Assembly: GCA_036562265.1 (NCBI GenBank)
Contig: DATCKS010000522.1
Span: 1 to 35,673, forward strand
Direction of reading: 5' to 3'
Source: Thermodesulfobacteriota bacterium
Lineage (GTDB): Bacteria > DASVDK01
DNA length: 35,673 nucleotides
The notes beneath the pieces were generated by a model. The model saw nothing but the letters and a program-made list of their open reading frames with translations, did not search any database and was not told the origin of the DNA. Made by a program: the position numbers and the translations under genes. Positions 8,378 to 15,918 of this stretch are shown piece by piece; positions within the stretch are counted from its first letter, which is position 1, and each line of letters opens with the position of its first letter.

Positions 8378-9526
8378 ATGGCGGAGATCGTCTTCTGGGT
8401 TTCCCTCGGTGGCGTCCTCGGCACCTACGTTGGGTATCCGCTCGCCCTCTGGGCGTGGGCCCGGCTTGCTCCGAAGCCGGTGGCACGCAGGCCGGTGCTG
8501 CCGACCGTCTCGGTCGTGCTCGCCGTCAGGGACGAGGCCGACCGGATCGCGGCGCGGCTCGCCGACCTGCTCGCGCTCGACTACCCGCCGGACCGGCTCT
8601 CCGTGATCGTCGTCTCCGACGGCTCGACCGACGGCACGCCGGAGCGCGCCCGGGAGGCGGCCGCGGGCGACCCGCGCGTGACGGTGATCGCGCTCGACCG
8701 GCCGACCGGCAAGGCAGCCGCCCTCAACGCCGGCGTGGCGAAGGCGAGCGGCGAGATCGTCGTCTTCGCCGACGCGCGGCAGCGCTTTCGCCGCTCGGCG
8801 GTCCGACGCCTCGTGGAGAACTTCGCCGACCCGAGCGTGGGGGTCGCGAGCGGCCGCCTCGTGCTCGAGGACACCGAGGGGGTGGAGGTCGCCGAGGGGC
8901 TCTCGCTCTACTGGCGCTACGAGCTGTGGCTACGGGCACGCGAGAGCGCCGTCGGCTCGACGCTCGGGGCGACCGGCGCCATCTACGCGATCCGCCGCCA
9001 CCTCTATCAGCCGATCGCGCCCGACACGATCCTCGACGACGTGGCGATCCCGATGCTGGCCGTGCTCGCCGGGGCGCGCAGCGTCCTCGACGAGCGGGCG
9101 ATCGCGATCGATCGGGTGGCGCCGAGCGGCAACCACGAGCTTGCGCGAAAGGTCCGGACGCTGTACGGCAACTACCAGCTCCTCGCCCGCTACCCGGCGC
9201 TCCTCAGCCGGCGCAACCCCGTGCTCGGCCGGTTCCTGGCGCACAAGGTGGCGCGGCTCGCCGTCCCGCTCTGGCTCGCGCTGATCGCCGTCTCCACCGT
9301 CTTCCTCGACGGCGCCTACGCCGTCTTCGGCCTCCTGCACTGGGCGGCGTACGGCGCCGCGCTCGTCGGGTCGGCCGCCGACGGGCGCCGCGGCCGGCGG
9401 CGCGGCCCCGTGGCGCGCGTGGCGAGCGCGGCCTACGTCTTCCTCCTCCTCAACTGGGCGGCCCTGCTCGCCCTCGTCCGGTTCCTGCGAGGCGATCGCG
9501 CCGTCTGGGTCCGCACACGCGCCTGA
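8378..9526 (+). CDS. Membrane-embedded family 2 glycosyltransferase (COG1215-like, synthase-type architecture)
   Basis: N-terminal TM, then the GT2 core TVSVVLAVRDEADRI, VVSDGSTDGT, FADARQRF and ILDDVAIP. A degenerate QxxRW-position motif reads ARKVRTLYG. Three to four C-terminal TM helices follow (LAVPLWLALIAVSTVFL, AAYVFLLLNWAALLALV). Confidence 0.85.
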   Translation: MAEIVFWVSLGGVLGTYVGYPLALWAWARLAPKPVARRPVLPTVSVVLAVRDEADRIAARLADLLALDYPPDRLSVIVVSDGSTDGTPERAREAAAGDPRVTVIALDRPTGKAAALNAGVAKASGEIVVFADARQRFRRSAVRRLVENFADPSVGVASGRLVLEDTEGVEVAEGLSLYWRYELWLRARESAVGSTLGATGAIYAIRRHLYQPIAPDTILDDVAIPMLAVLAGARSVLDERAIAIDRVAPSGNHELARKVRTLYGNYQLLARYPALLSRRNPVLGRFLAHKVARLAVPLWLALIAVSTVFLDGAYAVFGLLHWAAYGAALVGSAADGRRGRRRGPVARVASAAYVFLLLNWAALLALVRFLRGDRAVWVRTRA

Positions 9527-9529
9527 GCG

Positions 9530-9545
9530 CGGCACGTTACTTGCT
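9530..9545 (+). promoter_or_regulatory. Sigma-54 (-24/-12) promoter candidate CGGCACG-TTAC-TTGCT. Alternatively it is part of an intergenic hairpin.
   Basis: GG is at 9531-9532 and GC at 9543-9544, with canonical spacing, inside a 32-nt gap. The -12 C is 15 nt from the ATG at 9559. Caveat: GGCACG (9531-9536) and CGTGCC (9546-9551) are inverted repeats, extended by GCGC/GCGC. The element could therefore be an RNA stem-loop instead. Confidence 0.45.
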
Positions 9546-9558
9546 CGTGCCAGCGCTC

Positions 9559-10542
9559 ATGTCGACCCCCAACGTGAGCGTCGTCATTCCTGCGTACAAC
9601 GCTGCGCGGCACGTCGCCGGCGCGATCGAGAGCGCGCTCGCGGAGACCGACGTGGACGTGGAGGTGATCGTCGTCGACGACGGGTCGCAGGACGATACGG
9701 CGGACGTCGCCAGGGCCGTGTCGCCGCGCGTGCGCGTGCTGCGGCGCGGCAACGGGGGTCCCGGTGCGGCGCGCAACGCGGGCATCGCCGCGGCGCGGGC
9801 CCCACTCGTCGCCTTCCTCGACGCGGACGACCGCTGGCGACCGGGAGGGCTGGCACGGCGGCTCGCGGCTCTCGAGGCCGAGCCGTCGGCCGTGCTCGTG
9901 CATGCCCTCGTGACGTTCGTCGACGAGGAGGGGCGCGAGATTCCGTTCGATCCTCTGGCGTACCGGGTGCCGGCGGACGTGCGACGCGGGTGGGTGCTGC
10001 GTGCCCTCTTCTGGCACAACTTCGTGCACACCTCCACCGTCGTGGCGCGCCGCGACGCGCTCTGCGCCGTGGGGGGCTTCGACGAGCGGCGGGAGATCAT
10101 CGAGGACTACGACCTGTGGCTCAGGCTCGCCGCGCGCGGCCGCTTCGCCTTCCTGCCGGAGGTCGCGGCCGTGTACCGGTGGCACGCGCGGAGTCTCGGG
10201 CGCACGAACGTGGAACGGAGCTTCCTCGGGCAGGTGGCGCCGCTCGAGGGCGCGCTCGCCCGCGGGGGGCTTGCGCGGACCGCGGTCGGCCGGGCGTGGC
10301 TCAGGCGCCGCCGGCTCGCCCTCTTGCACGCGGATCACGCGGACGACCTCCTGCGGTTCCGGGGCGACACGGCCGGCGCCGCGGCCGCGCTCAGGCGGTC
10401 GCTCGCGCTGCAGCCGCTCGCGCCCCGCCGGGCGGCGATGCTCCTCGCGGCGCAGGCGGGACCGGGGGCGGTGGAGCGGGCGCGCCGCGTCATCCGGGCC
10501 GTGCGCGGGCTCGGCGCAGGGCGCCGCCCGAGGCGGGCGTGA
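9559..10542 (+). CDS. Family 2 glycosyltransferase (soluble/peripheral type)
   Basis: Canonical N-terminus MSTPNVSVVIPAYNAARHV, then VIVVDDGSQDDT and the DxD-equivalent FLDADD. A helical C-terminal domain follows. Confidence 0.9.
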   Translation: MSTPNVSVVIPAYNAARHVAGAIESALAETDVDVEVIVVDDGSQDDTADVARAVSPRVRVLRRGNGGPGAARNAGIAAARAPLVAFLDADDRWRPGGLARRLAALEAEPSAVLVHALVTFVDEEGREIPFDPLAYRVPADVRRGWVLRALFWHNFVHTSTVVARRDALCAVGGFDERREIIEDYDLWLRLAARGRFAFLPEVAAVYRWHARSLGRTNVERSFLGQVAPLEGALARGGLARTAVGRAWLRRRRLALLHADHADDLLRFRGDTAGAAAALRRSLALQPLAPRRAAMLLAAQAGPGAVERARRVIRAVRGLGAGRRPRRA

Positions 10543-10591
10543 GCGGAACGGCGAGGCCGGCGGCGGCGACCTTGCGACGACGGGGGGGCGC

Positions 10592-11821
10592 GTGAAGCTG
10601 CCGCGGTGGCTCACGAAGGCCCTGCGCGACGCCGACGATGCCATCGACACGCTGCGAGCCCGGCCGAGGCGAATCCTCTTCGACGCCAGGACGCCGATGA
10701 ACTACGTCATGTGGCGTCCGGTCGCCATGCGGCTGGCCGCGGACACGAGGATCGAGCAGTGGCACATGGCCGGCGAGGAGACGGGCCGACCCTACGCGCT
10801 CTACGAGCAGGTCGGCGTCCGCGACCGCATCATCTCGCGCTTCGAGGCGCAGCTCATGCGCTTCGACCTCTACGTGTGCGCCGACTTCGTCGCGACCTGG
10901 CTCAAGCGCCGCGTCCGGCGCGTGCACATCTTCCACGGCGTCGCGGGGAAGTACGGCCTCGACACGCCCGACCCCTCCATCGGACGCTTCGACGCCTACT
11001 TCTTCGTCAACCGCGACCGCCTGCGGCGCTACCGCGCGGCCGGGCTGGCCGATCGGCACAACACCTACCTCGTCGGGATGCCGAAGGTCGATCGGCTGGT
11101 GGACGGGTCGCTCACGCGCGAGGCGGCGCGCGCGGCGCTCGGGATCACCGGGTCGCGGCCCGTGGTGCTCTACGCGCCGACGTGGTCGCCGCACTCGTCG
11201 CTCGCCAGGCAGGGGGAGGCGCTGCTCAAGGCGCTTGGGAGGTTGGACGCCGAACTGGTGGTCAAGTTGCACGACCGGGCGTTCGACCCGAGACCGGCGT
11301 ACTCGTCGGGGGCCCACTGGCCGGCCAGGCTCGCCGCGCTCGAGGCGGCGGGGCGGCTGCGGCTCGTGCGCGACCCCGATGCCACGACGGCGCTGGCTGC
11401 GGCCGACTGCCTCGTCACCGATCACTCGTCGATCGGCTTCGAGTACCTCCTGCTCGACCGACCGCTCGTCGTCGTGGACGAGCCCGAGCTGCTCCGCGCC
11501 GCTCGGGTCACCGGCGACCACGTGATCTGGCTTCGGGAGGCCGCCACGACGGTCCGCGCCGCCGAGGAGGCGGCGGCCGCGGTCGGGGCCGGCCTCGCCG
11601 ACCCGGCGGCGCGGCGGGCCGAACGGCGCCGGGTCGCCCGGCGCCTCTTCTATCGACCGGGGACCGCCACGGATCGGGCCGTGGCGGCGATCTACAGGCT
11701 GCTCGAGCTTGCGCCGCCAGAGGCGGCGCTCACCAAGGAGTCCGACACCGATGGCCGAATCCTCCTGCGCCGTGATTCTCGCGGCAGGCGTGAGCCGGCG
11801 ACTCATGCCCCTCACGCGTGA
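10592..11821 (+). CDS. CDP-alcohol (glycerol/ribitol-phosphate type) phosphotransferase, TagB/TagF family (copy 1)
   Basis: Glyphos_transf-like motifs: VHIFHGVAGKY, VLYAPTWS, VVKLHDRAFD, LVTDHSSIGFEYLLLDRPLVVVD. It is a clear paralog of 17420-18670. GTG start. The non-conserved C-terminal tail overlaps the next gene by 71 nt. Confidence 0.75.
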   Translation: MKLPRWLTKALRDADDAIDTLRARPRRILFDARTPMNYVMWRPVAMRLAADTRIEQWHMAGEETGRPYALYEQVGVRDRIISRFEAQLMRFDLYVCADFVATWLKRRVRRVHIFHGVAGKYGLDTPDPSIGRFDAYFFVNRDRLRRYRAAGLADRHNTYLVGMPKVDRLVDGSLTREAARAALGITGSRPVVLYAPTWSPHSSLARQGEALLKALGRLDAELVVKLHDRAFDPRPAYSSGAHWPARLAALEAAGRLRLVRDPDATTALAAADCLVTDHSSIGFEYLLLDRPLVVVDEPELLRAARVTGDHVIWLREAATTVRAAEEAAAAVGAGLADPAARRAERRRVARRLFYRPGTATDRAVAAIYRLLELAPPEAALTKESDTDGRILLRRDSRGRREPATHAPHA

Positions 11822-12554
11822 CATCCCGAAGTGCCTGCTCGTCCTCGGCGGCCGCACGCTGCTGGAGCGCCAGCTCGCCCTTCTCGCCGATCTCGGCATC
11901 GAGGACGTGGTCGTGGTGACCGGCCACGGCGCCGAGGCGGTCCGCGCCGCGTGCGCGGGCCGGGCTCGCTGCGTGCATAACCCGCACTTCGAGGTGACGA
12001 ACAGCCTCTACAGTCTGGCGCTGGCGGAGGACGCGATGCCGGAGGGACCGATGCTGCTGCTCAACAGCGACGTCCTGATCCACCCGGCGCTGGTCGAGCG
12101 CCTGCTCGCCGATCCGGCCGACGACGCGCTCCTCGTCGACCTCGACTCGCGGCTCGACGACGAAGCGATGAAGGTCGCGATCTCGGCGGGCAAGGTCGTC
12201 GCCATCGACAAGCGGCTCGACCGGTCGATCACCGACGGCGAGAACGTGGGCGTCGTCAAGTTCGGCCGGGAGGGACGCCGGGCGCTCTTCCGGGCGGCGC
12301 GAGGGCTCCTGTCGGAGGGGCGGCTGTCGGCCTGGGCCCCGGCCGCCTACCAGGAGATCCTCGAGGAGAGGCCGATCACCGCGGTACCGACCGACGGGTT
12401 GCCGTGGATCGAGATCGACTTTCCGGAAGACCTCGTGCGGGCGATGCGCGACGTCGTGCCGCGGATCGACGGCGCCGTCGGCCACGGGCGCGCCAGGGGG
12501 CGCGCCGGGAAGGGGACCCTGCGGGCGAGCGCCCACATCGGCGCGAGACCGTGA
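11751..12554 (+). CDS. Nucleotidyltransferase of the LicC/COG1213 type (putative cytidylyltransferase making a CDP-activated alcohol phosphate)
   Basis: N-terminal NTP-binding loop AVILAAGVSRRLMPLTRDIPKCLL, then NSDVL, GENVGVVKF and the C-terminal WIEIDFPEDL. ATG at 11751 gives the typical short N-terminus. Confidence 0.75.
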   Translation: MAESSCAVILAAGVSRRLMPLTRDIPKCLLVLGGRTLLERQLALLADLGIEDVVVVTGHGAEAVRAACAGRARCVHNPHFEVTNSLYSLALAEDAMPEGPMLLLNSDVLIHPALVERLLADPADDALLVDLDSRLDDEAMKVAISAGKVVAIDKRLDRSITDGENVGVVKFGREGRRALFRAARGLLSEGRLSAWAPAAYQEILEERPITAVPTDGLPWIEIDFPEDLVRAMRDVVPRIDGAVGHGRARGRAGKGTLRASAHIGARP

Positions 12555-12594
12555 CGGTGTCGGCCTGATCGAGAGGAGGCGCGGGGAGGGAGGC

Positions 12595-13365
12595 ATGATC
12601 GGGATCGAAGCGCTCAAGCTGCGCGTGCGGCGACGAGAGACCCCGACCGCCCGGGCGCTCTACCGTCTGGCGAAGGCGTATCGCTCGGCCCACGTGCCGG
12701 TGATCCGCCCGCTCCACCTCGCGCTCTACTACGAGCGCGAGGCGCGCCTGAGCCTCTGGCGGACGTTCCTCAAGGCGGTCTACCACGAGCCGCTCTTCCG
12801 GGCGCGGTGCGAGCGGGTGGGGGAGCGGCTGCGGCTCACCAACGGGATCCCGTACATCGAGGGGCACCTCGTCATCCGGCTCGGCGACGACGTCGCGATC
12901 GACGGCGTCTCGTCGCTCATCGCCGCCAAGGTGCACGACCGGCCGGTCTTCGAGGTGGGCGACCGGGTCTTCCTGGGACACCAGCTCACCGTGAGCGTCG
13001 CCGAACGGGTGACGATCGGCTCCGACGTGCTCGTCTCCGACCGGGTCATGATCGCGGACAACGACGGCCACCCGCTCGACCCGGCGCGCCGCGCCGCGGG
13101 CCACCCGGTGGCGGCTGCGGACGTACGACCGGTCCGGATCGAGGACGGCGCCTGGATCGGGACGCGCGCCGTCATCCTCAAGGGGGTCACCGTCGGGCGA
13201 GGGGCCGTCGTCGCCTCGGGGAGTGTCGTCACCCGGGACGTGCCGCCCTACAGCGTCGTCGCCGGGAACCCGGCGCGGGTGGTGAGGCGGGACTGCCGCG
13301 ACGGCGCGCCGCCGGAGGAGCGCGCCCCGCAAGGCGTTGCCGGGTTGGCGGGGGAGGCGCGGTGA
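12595..13365 (+). CDS. Hexapeptide-repeat (left-handed beta-helix) O-acetyl/acyltransferase
   Basis: Hexapeptide repeats IGDDVAIDG, VGDRVFLGH, IGSDVLVSD, IEDGAWIGTRAVILKGVTVGRGAVVASGSVV and the terminal PPYSVVAGNPARVV. SD GGAGGGAGG lies upstream of the ATG. Confidence 0.88.
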   Translation: MIGIEALKLRVRRRETPTARALYRLAKAYRSAHVPVIRPLHLALYYEREARLSLWRTFLKAVYHEPLFRARCERVGERLRLTNGIPYIEGHLVIRLGDDVAIDGVSSLIAAKVHDRPVFEVGDRVFLGHQLTVSVAERVTIGSDVLVSDRVMIADNDGHPLDPARRAAGHPVAAADVRPVRIEDGAWIGTRAVILKGVTVGRGAVVASGSVVTRDVPPYSVVAGNPARVVRRDCRDGAPPEERAPQGVAGLAGEAR

Positions 13366-14879
13366 GCATCCGGGCGAGGCTCATCGAGCGAGGCCGGGCG
13401 CCGTCGGACGACCGATCCGCCGGCGCCGCGCCGAGACGGCTCGACGGCGCGAGGCCCCGCGAGACGACCGACGGCAGCCGGCCGGTCCGCCTCGGCGGTC
13501 CGGCCGCGAAGGCGGCGACGAGCGAGCCGGCGCCGCTTGCACGTCCCGCGGCGCCTCGCGCGTCGACGGCGGCGTTCGGGACGCTCGCACTCTTCCTCGT
13601 GGTCCTCTACACGCGTCCACAGGACCTCGTCCCGCAACTCGCCGTGCTCCGCCTCGCGTTCGTGACGGGGCTCGCCGCCGCGTTCTTCCACGCGACCGAT
13701 GCCCTGCGGCGGGGCGAACCGATCGTCCGCGCCGGGCGGGAGGTCTGGCTCGTGGCGGCGCTGCTCGCGCTCGGGGCGGCGTCGATCCCGTTCGCCCTCT
13801 GGCCAGGCGGCAGCTTCGCGGTCTTCACCGACCAGCTCGTCAAGGTGGCGCTGGCCTTCGTCCTCGTCGCCCACGTGGTCGACACGCCGGCGCGCGCGCG
13901 CGTGCTGGTCGGCGTCCTGGTGGGCGCCGGGGTCTACCTCGCGGCCGGCGCCCTGTACCTCGTCGCGACCGGCGAGGCGACCCGGTACGGCGGCCGCGCC
14001 GAGGGCATCGTCGGCGGGATGTTCCGCGATCCGAACGACCTGGCCCTCTCGCTGGTCGTGATGATGGGGCTCGCCGGCTTCGAGGCGATCGGCAGCCGCA
14101 GCCGGACGGTCAGGCTCCTCTACGTCGGCGCGCTCGGCGTCATGCTGGCCGGGATGCTGTCCACCTTCTCGCGCGGCGGGCTCGTGGCGCTGCTCGCCGC
14201 CGCCGCGGTCGGGCTCTGCCGGGTCGCCCGGCACGGCCGCGGGCTCGCCCTGGCCGGCCTCGTGCTCCTGGCCGGGGTCGCCGTGGCCGCCGCCCCGTCC
14301 GGCTACTCCGAGCGCGCGTCGTCCATCGTCACCGGGGAGGACAACGGCTCGATCGAGGCGCGGCTCACGACGCTGCGCCACGGCGTCGCGATCCTCCTCG
14401 AGCACCCGGTGGTCGGCGTCGGCCTCGGCAACTTCCGCATCGCCGAGGGCGAGCGGCACGGCTTCGTCGGCAAGTGGAACGAGGCGCACAACGCCTTCAT
14501 CCAGATCGGCGCCGAGACCGGCTGGGCGGGGCTTGCGGTCTACGTCGCCCTGGCCCTCGCGGCCGTGGCCAACGCGCGAGCCGCCGCGAGACGGTCGCGC
14601 GACCCGCGGCTCGTCGGCACGGCGCACGGCCTCGAGACGGCGCTCGTCGGCTTCCTCGTCGGCGCGATGTTCCTGTCGCAGGCCTACACCTGGCACTTCT
14701 ACATCCTGCTCGGCCTCGCCGTCGCGCTCAGGCGAATGGCCGACGCGGAGGCCGCTGGCGACGCGCCCAGGCCCGTGCCGGTCGAGCGCGTCCCCGCCGC
14801 CCCCGCGCGGCTGTCGCGGTGGTCCCCCCGGCCGGCGGGTCGGGCCGTCCCGCCCGGCGCCGCGGAGGCGAGGCGTTGA
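13362..14879 (+). CDS. O-antigen ligase/polymerase family membrane protein (Wzy_C domain; Wzy-like polymerase or exosortase-associated O-glycosylation ligase type)
   Basis: At least 10 predicted TM segments. Wzy_C core is FSRGGLVALLAAAAV ... NEAHNAFIQIGAETGWAGLAVYV. The GTG overlaps the upstream stop (GTGA). The Arg/Pro-rich N-terminal extension of about 85 aa makes the exact start uncertain. Confidence 0.8.
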   Translation: MSIRARLIERGRAPSDDRSAGAAPRRLDGARPRETTDGSRPVRLGGPAAKAATSEPAPLARPAAPRASTAAFGTLALFLVVLYTRPQDLVPQLAVLRLAFVTGLAAAFFHATDALRRGEPIVRAGREVWLVAALLALGAASIPFALWPGGSFAVFTDQLVKVALAFVLVAHVVDTPARARVLVGVLVGAGVYLAAGALYLVATGEATRYGGRAEGIVGGMFRDPNDLALSLVVMMGLAGFEAIGSRSRTVRLLYVGALGVMLAGMLSTFSRGGLVALLAAAAVGLCRVARHGRGLALAGLVLLAGVAVAAAPSGYSERASSIVTGEDNGSIEARLTTLRHGVAILLEHPVVGVGLGNFRIAEGERHGFVGKWNEAHNAFIQIGAETGWAGLAVYVALALAAVANARAAARRSRDPRLVGTAHGLETALVGFLVGAMFLSQAYTWHFYILLGLAVALRRMADAEAAGDAPRPVPVERVPAAPARLSRWSPRPAGRAVPPGAAEARR

Positions 14880-14892
14880 CGGAGGCGACACC

Positions 14893-15918
14893 GTGACCTG
14901 GACCGTCCTCATCTGCACGCGCGACCGGGCCGGGCTCCTCGCCGAGACGCTCGACTCGCTGCGCCGTCTCGACGATCCCGGCGAGCCCTACGAGGTGGTC
15001 GTCGTCGACAACGGCTCGACCGACGACACCCGCGCCGTCGTCGAGCGGGCCGCCGCCGCGAGCCCCGTGCCGCTGCGCTACGTGTACGAGCCGAGGGGCG
15101 GGCTGTCGGCGGCTCGCAACCGGGGGGTCCGGGAGGCGCAGGGCGACCGGATCGCCTTCACCGACGACGACGTGCTCGTCGAGGCCGGCTGGCTCGCGGC
15201 CTTCGCCCGCGCCTTCGCGGCCCGGCCGGTCGACTTCCTCGGCGGTCGGGTCGTGCCGCGGTGGGGCGCGGAGCGGCCCTCCTGGCTGCCGGCCGGGCGC
15301 ACCCGTGGGGAGATCTGGGGCGCGATCGCCCTCTTCGACTACGGCGACGAGCCGCGCCCACTCGCCAAGCCGCTCGGCGCGAACATGGCCTTCCGGCGGC
15401 GGCCGCTCCTCGAGGTCGGCGGCTTCCGCGAGGACCTCGGCCGCGACAGCGCCTCGCTCAAGGGGCAGGAGGTGCCCGAACTCCTCGAGCGCCTGAAGGC
15501 GGCGAGCGGCAGGGGCGGCTGGTACGTGCCGGACGCCGTGGTCCAGCACTGGATCCCTCCCGACCGGCTCACGAAGGGCTACTTCCGGCGGTGGTTCTAC
15601 TGGAAGGGGATCTCGCGCGCGGCGGTACGGGACCGGGTCCACGTGCGGGGGGTCTGGCTCCCCGCGTCGCAGGTGCGGCGAATCGCCGGCCTGCCGCGCG
15701 GCCTCTATCGAGACGTCCTCGAAGCGGCCGGCCGCCTCGCGCTCCGGACGGCCCGCGGCGACCGGGCGGGCGCCTTCGAGGCCGAGGTCCGACTCTGGTA
15801 CGCGGCCGGCTACGCGCGGGCCACCTGGCTCGGCGACCCGTCGCCGACCGGCGCGAACGCCCGGGCGTCCGTCCCCGGGAGGCCGGAGCCGGCGGCCGCG
15901 GCGACGCGCGACTCGTGA
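14893..15918 (+). CDS. Family 2 glycosyltransferase (paralog pair with 18667-19662)
   Basis: WTVLICTRDRAGLL, YEVVVVDNGSTDDT, FTDDDVLV and the C-terminal WFYWKGISRA motif are all shared with the paralog. Confidence 0.88.
   Translation: MTWTVLICTRDRAGLLAETLDSLRRLDDPGEPYEVVVVDNGSTDDTRAVVERAAAASPVPLRYVYEPRGGLSAARNRGVREAQGDRIAFTDDDVLVEAGWLAAFARAFAARPVDFLGGRVVPRWGAERPSWLPAGRTRGEIWGAIALFDYGDEPRPLAKPLGANMAFRRRPLLEVGGFREDLGRDSASLKGQEVPELLERLKAASGRGGWYVPDAVVQHWIPPDRLTKGYFRRWFYWKGISRAAVRDRVHVRGVWLPASQVRRIAGLPRGLYRDVLEAAGRLALRTARGDRAGAFEAEVRLWYAAGYARATWLGDPSPTGANARASVPGRPEPAAAATRDS

Noticed and set aside
10561-10576. CGGCGGCGACCTTGCG as a sigma-54 motif upstream of TagF-like copy 1 (17 nt from the GTG at 10592)
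   Set aside because: Only GG and TTGC match. The -24 flank is a generic GGC repeat that is common in this sequence, and the position after TTGC is G rather than A or T. It is too weak to call, though the spacing resembles the stronger sites.
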